Origin: Tagaea sp. CACIAM 22H2
GTDB lineage: Bacteria; Pseudomonadota; Alphaproteobacteria; CACIAM-22H2
Direction of reading: 5' to 3'
DNA length: 64,000 nucleotides
Assembly: GCA_014444615.1 (NCBI GenBank)
Contig: PVXE01000012.1
Location: 7,051 to 71,050, forward strand
Part shown: one piece after another, positions 49,315-58,799 of the stretch
How positions within the stretch are numbered: the stretch's first letter is position 1
Layout of the letters: every line of letters starts with the position of its first letter
Notes under the pieces: generated by a model
Databases searched by the model: none
What the model was told of the DNA's origin: nothing
Seen by the model: only the letters and a program-made list of their open reading frames with translations
Position numbers and translations under genes: made by a program

Positions 49315-50289
49315 TTATCCCCAGCCAAATCGGCGTTTGATTTCAAGGGCTGCGCGTTCGGTATCCCGGGGCGGATCGTAGGTCCAAGTATCCAGTCGCC
49401 CTTCGAAGGCGCGGGTCCGGCCTTGGCGGCGCATTTCCGCCTGGAAGGCGGCGATTCGCCCGGATTTGCCGTCCAAATCGGCGACCAGCACCGGTTTTCC
49501 GGTCGAGAGCGCCTCGCTGGTCATCGATACCGAATCCTCGGTCACGACCAGTGCTTCGGCCAGCGCCAAAATGCCGAGATAGGGGTTCGCCCCGCCTTCT
49601 TCGGTGTCATACGCGAAGCCGCCCAGCTCGCGCACCGTGCGCACGAGTTTCGCGCGCGCATTCGCATCGGTGCGACGCGACGTGGTCAGCGCCAGGCCCA
49701 CGCCTGCGGCGGCGAGTTTGCGGATATTGTCGTCAATTCGCGCCACGGCTTCGTCGGAGAAGCGATAGCGCCGCAACCCGTTGGAGCCGCCGAGAATGAT
49801 CCCGGCGAGCGGGCGCTTGAGCGGTGCGAAGGTTGCGCGCCATTCCTCGGCACCCGCCGCGAGTTTTTCCGCCGTCACATAATGCAGCGCCGCTTGCGTT
49901 TCGATGACATTGGCGCCCTTCAAACCGTCATGCCAAGGCGAGATCACGGCATCGAGCCATTCGGGCGGCACGGCCGGCTTCTGCACATGGATGGCGACGA
50001 CCTTGCCGCCCGAGCGGCGTTTCATCGCCACCCCGATCGGCGCGCAGCGCGAACCCAGCGTGATCGCCACATCGGGCCAGGGCGGATCGACGCGCGGACT
50101 GCCCGCTTCCAGCATGTCGAATGGATTGCCGGCCAGGAACCGTTCCGGCAGCCAGCGATAGGGCCAGCGGAACTTCACATCCTTGAATTCGTAGGCGAGC
50201 CCCAACGCCTCGGCGAGGCCCCGGCATTGGGCCTTCATGCCGACTTGGCCGGGGCTGATGATCCAGGCGGTACGCGGGCGGTTCGTCAT
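49315..50289 (-). CDS. ELM1/DUF1022 family protein (GT-B-like)
   Basis: QCRGLAEALG, PPWPDV, TTSRRT, NPYLGILA, VTEDSVSMTSEALSTGKPV. Confidence 0.85.
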   Translation of the reverse strand: MTNRPRTAWIISPGQVGMKAQCRGLAEALGLAYEFKDVKFRWPYRWLPERFLAGNPFDMLEAGSPRVDPPWPDVAITLGSRCAPIGVAMKRRSGGKVVAIHVQKPAVPPEWLDAVISPWHDGLKGANVIETQAALHYVTAEKLAAGAEEWRATFAPLKRPLAGIILGGSNGLRRYRFSDEAVARIDDNIRKLAAAGVGLALTTSRRTDANARAKLVRTVRELGGFAYDTEEGGANPYLGILALAEALVVTEDSVSMTSEALSTGKPVLVADLDGKSGRIAAFQAEMRRQGRTRAFEGRLDTWTYDPPRDTERAALEIKRRFGWG

Positions 50290-50405
50290 CGCGTGCGGTC
50301 CCTACCGCCCGCCTGGGTTTCGCGCAATTTTTTACACAGGGCTAGGCGCGTGGCCCGGCGATTGCTAACATTATTTCAATTCACCCAGGTTACCGGACAG
50401 TAATT

Positions 50406-50891
50406 ATGCGCGGCCACAAGCTTGACGACGTCGACCACCAGATCCTCCACGACCTCCAAGAGGACGGGCGGATGACCAATGTCGACCTCGCCAAGCGGGC
50501 GGGCATCTCGGCCCCACCCTGCCTGCGCCGCGTGCGCGTCCTGGAGGAAGCCAAGATCATCCGCGGCTACCACGCGGAGATCGACCCGCATGCGCTGGGC
50601 TATGGCGTGACGGTATTCGCCTCGGTGTCGCTGAAAAGCCAAGCCGAGGCCGATCTGCGTGCCTTCCATGAACTGATCGACTCTTGGCCGATGGTCCGCG
50701 AGTGCCACATGCTGACCGGCGAGACCGACTTCCTGCTGAAAGTCGTCGCGGCCGATTGGGACGCTTACGAGAAATTTCTGACCACGCAGCTGACGGCCGC
50801 CCCCAACGTCGCGACCGTCAAATCAGCGCTGACGATCAAGACGACCAAGCATATGCCCGGCGTGCCGATCGAGATCAAAGCGAAGCGCTGA
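50406..50891 (+). CDS. Lrp/AsnC family transcriptional regulator
   Basis: LQEDGRMTNVDLA...SAPPCLRRV HTH; ECHMLTGETDFLLKV. Confidence 0.93.
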   Translation: MRGHKLDDVDHQILHDLQEDGRMTNVDLAKRAGISAPPCLRRVRVLEEAKIIRGYHAEIDPHALGYGVTVFASVSLKSQAEADLRAFHELIDSWPMVRECHMLTGETDFLLKVVAADWDAYEKFLTTQLTAAPNVATVKSALTIKTTKHMPGVPIEIKAKR

Positions 50892-50897
50892 AGCGCC

Positions 50898-51377
50898 TCA
50901 GGCGTTGCGCCGGACCCAGGGAATACGCGCGACCGGCACGCCCTCTTCGACAAGCTCGCGCGCTTGCTCGTCGGTCGTTTCGCCGTAGATGTTTTTATGT
51001 TCGCGCTCGCCGTAATGCATCGCGCGCGCCTGCTCGGCGAAGTCGCCGCCGACATTTTCGAAGTTCTTCTCGACATGCTCGCGCAATTTGGCGAGCTCCT
51101 TGTGCAACTCCGCCGCCTTCGCGGTCGCCGGGTCGGGGCCGGCGGCAACTTGCGTGGCGGCTTCGCTCGCGACCGCCTCGGCGGGCACGGGTAAACGCTT
51201 GCGGGACTTTTTGGTCCCCGCCAGACGCGGCGCCATCAGCGCCTTTTCGATTTTCACGTCGCCGCAAACGGGGCATTCGACCAGGCCGCGCTTGGCCTGG
51301 CGGTCGAACGACGCGCCGTCCTTGAACCAGCTTTGAAACCGGTGTTTCTTGCGGCACTGCAAGTCGAACACGATCAT
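50898..51377 (-). CDS. DUF1178 family zinc-ribbon protein
   Basis: MIVFDLQC..KHRFQSWF, CPVCG, KALMAP, VGGDFAEQARAMHYGE. Confidence 0.88.
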   Translation of the reverse strand: MIVFDLQCRKKHRFQSWFKDGASFDRQAKRGLVECPVCGDVKIEKALMAPRLAGTKKSRKRLPVPAEAVASEAATQVAAGPDPATAKAAELHKELAKLREHVEKNFENVGGDFAEQARAMHYGEREHKNIYGETTDEQARELVEEGVPVARIPWVRRNA

Positions 51378-51422
51378 GACGGTTATTTGGCGCCCGCACG
51401 CCGGAAATGCAAGAGAGGGAAA

Positions 51423-51941
51423 ATGAACCCCCATCACGCTTTGCAGCAGGTTTCGCCCTGGGTGGAGGCCCATGCCGGGCTCGTGGCACCAGGCGGCACG
51501 GTTCTCGACCTTGCCGCCGGCGGCGGGCGGCATTCGCGCTATTTCGCCTGGCACGGGCGCAAAGTGGTCGCGGTCGACAAGGACGTCTCCGCCCTCGCCC
51601 ACCTGCCCGGCGTGACGGCGATCCAGGCCGATCTGGAGGACGGTTCGCCCTGGCCGCTCCAGGGGCAAGTCTTCGACGCCGCGGTGGTAACGAATTATCT
51701 CCACCGGCCGCTTTTTCCCGACCTGTTCGCGGCGATCCGTACGGGCGGCATTCTGATCTACGAGACCTTCGCGCGCGGCAACGAAGCCTACGGCAAGCCC
51801 GACAACCCCGATTTCCTGCTGGACCCCAACGAATTGGTCGCGCGCACGCTGAACCAATTCGTGATCGTCGCGTTCGAGGATCGTTATGTCGACGCGCCCA
51901 AACCGGCGATCGTTCAGCGCATCGCGGCGATGAAGATCTAG
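51423..51941 (+). CDS. Class I SAM-dependent methyltransferase
   Basis: VLDLAAGGGRH, VTNYLHRPL, LIYETF, NPDFLL. Confidence 0.88.
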   Translation: MNPHHALQQVSPWVEAHAGLVAPGGTVLDLAAGGGRHSRYFAWHGRKVVAVDKDVSALAHLPGVTAIQADLEDGSPWPLQGQVFDAAVVTNYLHRPLFPDLFAAIRTGGILIYETFARGNEAYGKPDNPDFLLDPNELVARTLNQFVIVAFEDRYVDAPKPAIVQRIAAMKI

Positions 51942-51945
51942 CGTC

Positions 51946-52383
51946 TTACGGGGGCGGAACCTGGGCCGCGACCATGACGCGGTTCCAGGCGTTGATCAGG
52001 CCGATCGCGAAGCTGAGCTGCGCGATTTCCGTCTCGTTGAACGCTTCGCGCACGGCCTGATAGGCCTCGTCCGGCACGCCGCCATGCGAGATATGCGTCA
52101 GCGTTTCCGACCACGCGATCGCCGCGCGCTCGCGCGCGTCGAAATCGGGCGTATCGCGCCAAGCGGCGATCAGGTCGAGCTTGCGCTGCGACACCCCGGC
52201 TTTGCGCGCGTTGGCGAGGTGCAGGATGAGGCAGTATGCGCAGCCATTGATCTGCGACGCGCGGACTTGCGCCAGTTCGATCAGCGCGAGGTCGAGACCG
52301 CAAGTCTTGACCGCCATGCCGAGCTTGATTTGCGCGTCGTAGATCGCGGGGGCCAGAGCCTTGGGGTCGAAGCGCTTTTCCAT
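51946..52383 (-). CDS. Carboxymuconolactone decarboxylase/AhpD family protein
   Basis: VRASQINGCAYCL (CxxC), ERAAIAWSE, INAWNR. Confidence 0.9.
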   Translation of the reverse strand: MEKRFDPKALAPAIYDAQIKLGMAVKTCGLDLALIELAQVRASQINGCAYCLILHLANARKAGVSQRKLDLIAAWRDTPDFDARERAAIAWSETLTHISHGGVPDEAYQAVREAFNETEIAQLSFAIGLINAWNRVMVAAQVPPP

Positions 52384-52391
52384 GATCGCCC

Positions 52392-53369
52392 TCAAATGCC
52401 GTTATAGGCGCGGAACCAATCGACGAAGCGCGGCACGCCGTCGTCGATCTTGGTTTTCGGCTCGAAGCCCAGATCGCGGCGCGAGGCTTCGATATCCGCG
52501 AAGCTTTCGCGCACGTCGCCGGGCTGCATCGGTTGCTTGTCGAGGATCGCTTTGTGGTTGGTCGCGCGCTCGATCAATTCGACGAAGCGCATCAGCGGTT
52601 CGGAACGGTGATTGCCGAGATTATAGACGCGATGCGCGGCCTTCTTGTCGCCCGCGACCGGCGGGCGATCCAACGCCGCGATCACGCCCGCGACGATATC
52701 GTCGACATAGGTGAAATCGCGCCGCATCTCGCCGCCGTTGAACAGCGGCAGCGGTTTGCCTTCCAAAATCGCCTTGGTGAAGATCCACAGCGACATGTCC
52801 GGCCGGCCCCACGGGCCGTAGACGGTGAAGAAGCGCAAACCCGTCGCCGGCACGGCGAACAGATGCGAATAGGCGTGGCTGACCAGCTCGTTCGCGGCCT
52901 TGGTGGCGGCGTAGAGCGAGACGGGCTTGTCGATCTTATCGTCGACCGAGAATGGCAGTTTCTCGTTGCCGCCATAAACCGACGAGGACGAGGCATAGAC
53001 GAGATGCTTGATGTCGCCGCGCTGGCGGCACGCCTCGATGACGTTGAAATGGCCGATGATGTTGGTCCGGATATAGACCTCCGGATGCGATAGCGAGTAG
53101 CGCACGCCCGCTTGCGCGGCCAAATGCACGACGCGGTCGATCGACTTGTCGGCCAGCACGCCGGCGAAGGCGCCGTCAGCGGCCAATTCGCCGCGCACCA
53201 TGCGGAAGTTCTTGTTCTTCCCAAGCTCGGCCGCGCGCGCCTCTTTCAGGCTCACGTCGTAATAGGGATCGAAATTGTCGAAGCCCACCACGTCTTCGCC
53301 GCGCGCCATCAGCGCTTTGGACAGGTGGAAGCCGATGAACCCGGCGGCTCCGGTCACGAGAACGGTCAT
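52392..53369 (-). CDS. NAD-dependent epimerase (UDP-glucuronate 4-epimerase-like)
   Basis: VTGAAGFIG, HLAAQAGVRYS, ASSSSVYG, YAATK, RFFTVYGPWGRPDM. Confidence 0.93.
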   Translation of the reverse strand: MTVLVTGAAGFIGFHLSKALMARGEDVVGFDNFDPYYDVSLKEARAAELGKNKNFRMVRGELAADGAFAGVLADKSIDRVVHLAAQAGVRYSLSHPEVYIRTNIIGHFNVIEACRQRGDIKHLVYASSSSVYGGNEKLPFSVDDKIDKPVSLYAATKAANELVSHAYSHLFAVPATGLRFFTVYGPWGRPDMSLWIFTKAILEGKPLPLFNGGEMRRDFTYVDDIVAGVIAALDRPPVAGDKKAAHRVYNLGNHRSEPLMRFVELIERATNHKAILDKQPMQPGDVRESFADIEASRRDLGFEPKTKIDDGVPRFVDWFRAYNGI

Positions 53370-53380
53370 GGGCCCGTTTT

Positions 53381-54193
53381 CTATGGCCTCGCGCGCGCGA
53401 AAGCAACGGCGCAAACCGCACCCACGAAGCCCAAAATCACATGGGCCGGGCGCGGCGCCAATTCGGGGTCGAAATTGGCCGCGAACACCATCCAGAACGG
53501 CGCGCCGAGCTTGACGGCGATGAAGCCCGCCTCGGCCAGCGGCACCAGCAACGCCGCCGCGATCCCGAGCGCCAGCGTGACCGCCCAGCCCGCTTGGCCC
53601 CAGGCTTTGGCGACGCGCCAGGCCATCGCCCAGACGAAAAGCCCCGCCGTGATTTGGGTCTCGATCGCGTCGAGGCGCGCTTGCAGGAAGAAATGCACGA
53701 TCGCCAGCACGCCCAGCGGATAGGCGAGCTTGTGCAATCGCCGCCAATTCTTGCCGCCCAGGCGCTTGATCATCCCGTCGGTCGAGGTCGCGGCCAAGGC
53801 CGCGAGGCCCAGCAACGCGACGAAGCCGATCGTCAAATAGATACGCAGCGCGATTTCCGACGCGACGGTCGCAAGGACGAAGCCTTGGCTCGCGACATAC
53901 ATCGTGAAATGCAAGGCGAGATAGGCGAAGGCGCCCACACCCAGCATGCGACGGATCAGCATGGCCGTCGGCCAATGCCACAGCGAGCGCAACGGCGACA
54001 CGGCCAGCGACAGCATGAAAAGGCGCAAGCCCATCGTGCCGAGCTCGCGCGTCGCCGCCTTCAAGGGCTGCGCGCCGAGCTGGCCGGCCGCCAACGCATA
54101 GGCGACCCACAAGCCCGGCACGAACAGCGCCAGGAAAACGACGAGTTTCAACGGGACGGTCCGGCCCGTCCGATCGGCCCAAGGGAATCGCAC
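53381..54193 (-). CDS. msrQ: Heme-binding membrane subunit of the methionine-sulfoxide reductase system
   Basis: RRMLGV..FAYLALHF, YLTIG, LAATSTD..IKRLG..WRRLHKLAY, VHFF; GTG start. Confidence 0.9.
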   Translation of the reverse strand: MRFPWADRTGRTVPLKLVVFLALFVPGLWVAYALAAGQLGAQPLKAATRELGTMGLRLFMLSLAVSPLRSLWHWPTAMLIRRMLGVGAFAYLALHFTMYVASQGFVLATVASEIALRIYLTIGFVALLGLAALAATSTDGMIKRLGGKNWRRLHKLAYPLGVLAIVHFFLQARLDAIETQITAGLFVWAMAWRVAKAWGQAGWAVTLALGIAAALLVPLAEAGFIAVKLGAPFWMVFAANFDPELAPRPAHVILGFVGAVCAVAFARARP

Positions 54194-54203
54194 GAGGCCG
54201 AGC

Positions 54204-54812
54204 TTAGCCCGGATCGACGCCCGCGTTCCGCAACCGCGTTTCGAGATCGGCGACGCGCGCGCGCAGGCCCGTCACCAGCTCGGCCACGTCCTCCGCCGGC
54301 AGCAATTGGGGGATATGCTGCGGGCAGTTCGTGTCCAACGCCTCGATCTCGATCACGATCGCGCGCTGCGGGGCGGCCGGATAGTTGGGGTCCGTCAGCC
54401 GATCGAGCAACGCCGGGTCGTCGGCCACGATCCTTGCCCGGCCCCAGATTTTGACCCGGCGGCGATGGGCATAGTCGGGCACGAAGAGCAGCACACGGTC
54501 GTTCTCCGCAAGATTGCCTTGCGAGATGAATTGCCGGTTGCCCGAGAACTCGGCGAAACCGAGATGCTTCTCGTCGATCGGCTTCAAGAATCCGGCCGGG
54601 CCGCCGCGATGCTGCATATAGGGCCGCCCATCGGCCGAAGCCGAGGCGAGATAGAACGAGCGCGTCTGCGCCAGAAACGCCGCCAGATCGGGCGTCACCG
54701 TATCGCGACCGCCCTTCGCCTGCTGGCGCGCATAGGAGGCGGCCGACCCGTCTTCCGCCTGGAAGCGCCGCACCGAGTCCGTGAAAGCCAGTTCGCCGTA
54801 ATGCCGTCCCAT
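54204..54812 (-). CDS. Pyridoxamine 5'-phosphate oxidase-like FMN-binding protein
   Basis: FYLASASADGRPYMQHRGG, FSGNRQFISQGNL, RRRVKIWG, NCPQHIP. Confidence 0.88.
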   Translation of the reverse strand: MGRHYGELAFTDSVRRFQAEDGSAASYARQQAKGGRDTVTPDLAAFLAQTRSFYLASASADGRPYMQHRGGPAGFLKPIDEKHLGFAEFSGNRQFISQGNLAENDRVLLFVPDYAHRRRVKIWGRARIVADDPALLDRLTDPNYPAAPQRAIVIEIEALDTNCPQHIPQLLPAEDVAELVTGLRARVADLETRLRNAGVDPG

Positions 54813-54823
54813 CGCACTCTCCC

Positions 54824-55360
54824 TTACGCGGCGTTGCGCCATGCGGCCGGCGGCTCGACATGGGCGAGATTGTTGAAGAAGTTGGTGAATATATTGAGCG
54901 CCACATGGCCCGCGATCTCGGCGATGTCGCCGTCGGTCAAGCCCTTGGCTTTGGCGCTCGCAACGGCCGCGTCGGCGTTCTTGCCGTAACCTGCCCACAA
55001 GGCCGCGGCGAGATCGAGGACGGCTTGGCGACGCGCGTCGCTCGCACGGCCTTCGCGCGCCGATGCGATATCGGCGGCGTTCAGGCCCGCCCCTTTGGCG
55101 AGCTGGCCATGCGCGGCCGCGCAGAAATCGCAGCCGTGGCGCGCGGCACTGGCCAGTGCGATCGCTTCGGACGCCGCCGATCCCAGCGTGCCCTTGGCGA
55201 GCGCGCCCGAGAACGCGAAATAGCCGTCGAGGGCTGCGGGCGAATTGGCGAGGGCGCGGAACATATCCGGCACCGCGCCGAACTTGGCTTTAACGGCGGC
55301 GAAGGTTTCGGCGACGGCGCCTTGGGCTTGGGCGTCGGCGATGCGGGCGATCGGGGTCAT
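54824..55360 (-). CDS. AhpD-like alkylhydroperoxidase/CMD family protein
   Basis: GAVPDMFRALANSP, EAIALA...GCDFCAAAH, NIFTNFFN. Confidence 0.88.
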   Translation of the reverse strand: MTPIARIADAQAQGAVAETFAAVKAKFGAVPDMFRALANSPAALDGYFAFSGALAKGTLGSAASEAIALASAARHGCDFCAAAHGQLAKGAGLNAADIASAREGRASDARRQAVLDLAAALWAGYGKNADAAVASAKAKGLTDGDIAEIAGHVALNIFTNFFNNLAHVEPPAAWRNAA

Positions 55361-55440
55361 GGGGTCGTTTCCTTTCGGTTCGGGTTTCGGTCGGCATTTG
55401 CCGGTCCCCGCAACATGGGCGTTTCGCTTGCTGTCCGAAA

Positions 55441-55453
55441 TCGATAATATCGA
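55441..55453. promoter_or_regulatory. LysR T-N11-A operator in the divergent ahpD/lysR promoter
   Basis: Perfect dyad TCGAT-AAT-ATCGA. Confidence 0.6.
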
Positions 55454-55479
55454 ACTTCATTCTCTTGATTTAGGCATGA

Positions 55480-56412
55480 ATGTCCGACCGCCTCGCCGAA
55501 CTCGAGCTTTTCGTCGCCCTCGCCGCGCGCGGCGCGCTGGCCCCGGCCGCGCGCGAACTGGGTTTGGGCCCCGCGCGCGCCAGCCGCTTGCTGGCGGCGT
55601 TGGAAACGCGGCTGGGCACGCGGCTCGCACGGCGCACCACCCGCGCCTTGTCGCTGACCGAAGCAGGGCAACGTTATTTGGCGCACGCGCAACGCGCCTT
55701 GGCCGAATTGGCGCAAGCGCACACGGTGTTGAAGGGGACACAAGCGGGGCCGAGCGGCACGCTGCGCCTGACCGCACCGACGCAATTCGGCGCGATCCAT
55801 GTCGCACCGCTCGCCGCCGAACTGATCGCGGCCCATCCCGCCTTGTCGGTCGATCTGACGCTGGACGACCATGCCGTCGATCCGATCGTCGGCGGGTTCG
55901 ACGCGAGTTTGCGCATCGGCACGCCGCCGCCCGGCACACTGATCGCGCGGCGCGTGGGCGAAACGCGCATCGTCACCGTCGCGTCGCCCGATTATCTCGT
56001 GCGGGCCGGCGAGCCGCGCGTCCCCGACGATCTCGACGGCCACGAATGTCTTGTCTGGCGCGGTGTCGGCCGTACGGCCGCGTGGCGTTTTCGCCGGAAC
56101 GGCAAATTGCGCGAGCGCGTCGTGAACGGACGTTTCGTCGCGGACTCGCCCGCCGCGATCCTCTCGGCGGCGATTGCGGGTGCCGGCATCGCGCGCTTGC
56201 CCGAATACCAGGCCCGCGCCGCGCTGGCGGCGGGCAAGCTCGTCGAGATCTTGGGCGAATATGCGCCGCCGCCCGCCCCGATCAACGTGTTGTATCCGGC
56301 GCCGGGCGCGGGCCTGCAAATCCCCGCCAAGCTGCGCGTTTTCATCGACCTCGCCATCGCGCGATTGGCGCCGCAAAAACCCGCGCTGGACAGGCGCATG
56401 AAGGACCGCTAG
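55480..56412 (+). CDS. LysR family regulator (CrgA-like)
   Basis: LETRLGTRLARRTTRALSLTEAG, GTLRLTAP, FDASLRIG, KLRVFID; divergent from the ahpD-like gene. Confidence 0.92.
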   Translation: MSDRLAELELFVALAARGALAPAARELGLGPARASRLLAALETRLGTRLARRTTRALSLTEAGQRYLAHAQRALAELAQAHTVLKGTQAGPSGTLRLTAPTQFGAIHVAPLAAELIAAHPALSVDLTLDDHAVDPIVGGFDASLRIGTPPPGTLIARRVGETRIVTVASPDYLVRAGEPRVPDDLDGHECLVWRGVGRTAAWRFRRNGKLRERVVNGRFVADSPAAILSAAIAGAGIARLPEYQARAALAAGKLVEILGEYAPPPAPINVLYPAPGAGLQIPAKLRVFIDLAIARLAPQKPALDRRMKDR

Positions 56413-56448
56413 CGTAGCGGCCTTCATAAGGGGAGTTCCCGAAAGGTC

Positions 56449-56499
56449 ATGCAACCGCGCGCGATCCGTATCGTCCGCTGGTCCCGTTGGTGGCGCTGA
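56449..56499 (+). CDS. trpL: Trp attenuator leader peptide MQPRAIRIVRWSRWWR (16 aa)
   Basis: GAAAGG RBS, three Trp codons near the stop, ending ~105 bp upstream of trpE(G). Confidence 0.85.
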   Translation: MQPRAIRIVRWSRWWR

Positions 56500-56526
56500 G
56501 CGCCAGCCAACCCTTTCCCCTTTTTT
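56486..56526 (+). promoter_or_regulatory. Attenuator hairpin and pyrimidine tract of the trpE(G) leader
   Basis: GTTGGTGGCGC-TGA-GCGCCA(G)CCAAC followed by CCTTTCCCCTTTTTT. Confidence 0.6.
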
Positions 56527-56603
56527 CCGTCCGTATTGGCCGTTTTGCGCTTCCCCGTTAGCGGGATTCCGTCCGGCCGCCCCGATTTCAAGGAACTCCC
56601 GCG

Positions 56604-58799
56604 ATGCGCTACGACTTCACCACGCCCACCGGCCTGACGCTGACCCGACAGCGCCGCACGCTGGCTTACGACACCGCCCTCGACGGTTTCGCCGAAAAGC
56701 TCGACCGCACGCGCGGCGGCTTGTTCTCCTCCGGCGTCGATTATCCCGGCCGATATTCGCGCTGGGAGTTCGGCTTCGCCGATCCGCCGGTTGAGATCGT
56801 CGGCGGCGGCAATAAACTCGAACTCAAAGCGCTGAACGAGCGCGGGATCGTGCTGATCGATCTGCTCGATCCGATCTTCGAGGATATGGCCGAAGCGCGC
56901 ATCGTCGCGCGCGATCCCGGCTATCGCCGGATCGAAACGATTGCCGCCGCCGGACCGTTTCCGGAGGAAAAACGCAGCCAGCAACCCTCGCTATTTTCGC
57001 CGCTGCGCCGCTTGGTCGCCGAGTTCAGGGGTATCGCCGATGGGTTTATCGGCTTGTATGGCGCGTTCGGCTACGATCTGCTGTTCCAGTTCGAGCCGAT
57101 CAAGCTGAGCCAGAACCGCCCGGCCGAAACGCGCGACTTGCATCTGTTCATCCCGGACCGGATGCTGATCGTCGACCGGCGCAAGGAAACCGCCTTCCGC
57201 TACGATTACGATTTCGCGCGCGCGCGCGTGTCGACCGAGGGCAAGTCGCGCGTTTGCATGGCGCCCGTCCCGCGCCGGCGCTACGCCGAGCCGAAAGCGA
57301 AACCCGAAATCACCTCGGATCTGACGGCCGAACAATACGCCGCGATGGTCGACGTGGCGCGCGAGCGCATGCGCGTGGGCGATATCTTCGAAGTCGTGCT
57401 GTCGCGCCGCTTCGAAGCGCTTTACCAAGCCTCCCCGTCCTCGCTGTTCGCGAAGCTGAAGAAGGTCAATCCCAGCCCGTTCGAATTCTATCTCCAGCTC
57501 GGGCCCGATCGCCTCGTCGGCACCAGCCCCGAAATGTATGTGCGCGTCGAAGGCGACCGGGTGGAAAGCTGCCCGATCTCCGGCACCGCACGGCGCGGGC
57601 GCAATGCGATGGAGGACGCCGAGCGGCTCAAAGCGCTGATCAACTCGGAGAAGGACGAAGTCGAGTTGACGATGTGCACCGATGTCGACCGCAACGACAA
57701 ATCGCGCATTTGCGTGCCGGGCACGGTCAAACTGCTCGGCCGGCGTCAGATCGAGGCCTATCAGGGCCTGTTCCACACGGTCGACCATGTCGAAGGCCGT
57801 TTGCGCCCCGACGTCACGGGCCTGGACGCGTTCATCTCGCATATGTGGGCCGTGACGCTGACCGGTGCGCCGAAGAAATGGGCGGTCGAAATCGTCGAAG
57901 CGATGGAGACGAGTCCGCGCGGCTGGTATGGCGGTGCGGTCGGCGCCTTGCAGTTCAACGGCGACGTCAACACCGGCATCACGATCCGCACCGTCCATCT
58001 GACCGAGGACGAGAAAAAGAAGCAGGTCGCGCGCTATCGCGTCGGCGCCACGCTGGTGTGGGACTCGATCGGGATGGAGGAAAACGAAGAAACCTTCGTC
58101 AAGGCGAGCGCCTTGTTCCGCGTGCTTGCCCCGCCGGCCGCCGCCGCGAACGAAGCGACGAAAGCTCAGCCCGGCAAGGGCAAGCGGATCGTGCTGATCG
58201 ACAACGAAGACAGCTTCGTCCACACGCTGGCGGATTATTTCCGCCAGACCGGGGCGGACGTGTCGACCTATCGCCACGGTTTGACGCCTGACGCGATCGT
58301 GGCGCTGAAACCCGATCTGGTCGTGCATTCGCCGGGGCCGGGCACGCCCGCGCAGTTCGGTGTGCCGACGCTGGTGCGCGCGTTGGCCGACCGGGGCTTG
58401 GCGCAATTCGGCGTGTGCTTGGGCCTGCAGGGAACCGTCGAAGCCTTCGGCGGCGCGCTGGACGTGCTACCGGAGCCGCGCCATGGCAAGCGCTGGGATA
58501 TCGAGCATGACGGTACGGGCTTGTTCGCCGGCCTACCGAGCCCCTGCGCGGTCGGCGCCTATCACTCGCTGCATGCGCGCGCGTCGGCGTTTCCGCACGG
58601 CGAGCTCGACATCGTCGCGCGCACGCCGGCCGGGCTCGTCATGGCGGTGCGGCACAAGCGTTTGCCGATCGCGGCCGTGCAGTTCCATCCCGAATCAGTG
58701 CTGTCGATGGGCCGCACCGAAGCGGGGGAGATCGGCCATTTGCTGATCGCCAACGTGATCGCGGAGTTGATCGCCAAGCGGCAAGCGAAGGCCGCGTAA
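56604..58799 (+). CDS. trpE: Fused anthranilate synthase TrpE(G)
   Basis: YPGRYSRW, GAFGYDL, NPSPFEF, SPEMYV, CPISGT, ELTMCTDVDRND, TLTGAPK; GATase IDNEDSF, GVCLG, QFHPES. Confidence 0.93.
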   Translation: MRYDFTTPTGLTLTRQRRTLAYDTALDGFAEKLDRTRGGLFSSGVDYPGRYSRWEFGFADPPVEIVGGGNKLELKALNERGIVLIDLLDPIFEDMAEARIVARDPGYRRIETIAAAGPFPEEKRSQQPSLFSPLRRLVAEFRGIADGFIGLYGAFGYDLLFQFEPIKLSQNRPAETRDLHLFIPDRMLIVDRRKETAFRYDYDFARARVSTEGKSRVCMAPVPRRRYAEPKAKPEITSDLTAEQYAAMVDVARERMRVGDIFEVVLSRRFEALYQASPSSLFAKLKKVNPSPFEFYLQLGPDRLVGTSPEMYVRVEGDRVESCPISGTARRGRNAMEDAERLKALINSEKDEVELTMCTDVDRNDKSRICVPGTVKLLGRRQIEAYQGLFHTVDHVEGRLRPDVTGLDAFISHMWAVTLTGAPKKWAVEIVEAMETSPRGWYGGAVGALQFNGDVNTGITIRTVHLTEDEKKKQVARYRVGATLVWDSIGMEENEETFVKASALFRVLAPPAAAANEATKAQPGKGKRIVLIDNEDSFVHTLADYFRQTGADVSTYRHGLTPDAIVALKPDLVVHSPGPGTPAQFGVPTLVRALADRGLAQFGVCLGLQGTVEAFGGALDVLPEPRHGKRWDIEHDGTGLFAGLPSPCAVGAYHSLHARASAFPHGELDIVARTPAGLVMAVRHKRLPIAAVQFHPESVLSMGRTEAGEIGHLLIANVIAELIAKRQAKAA

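Noticed and set aside
52392-54182. 596-aa ORF suggesting an msrQ-epimerase fusion
   Set aside because: The upstream extension is out of frame with msrQ and not protein-like; the epimerase starts at 53369
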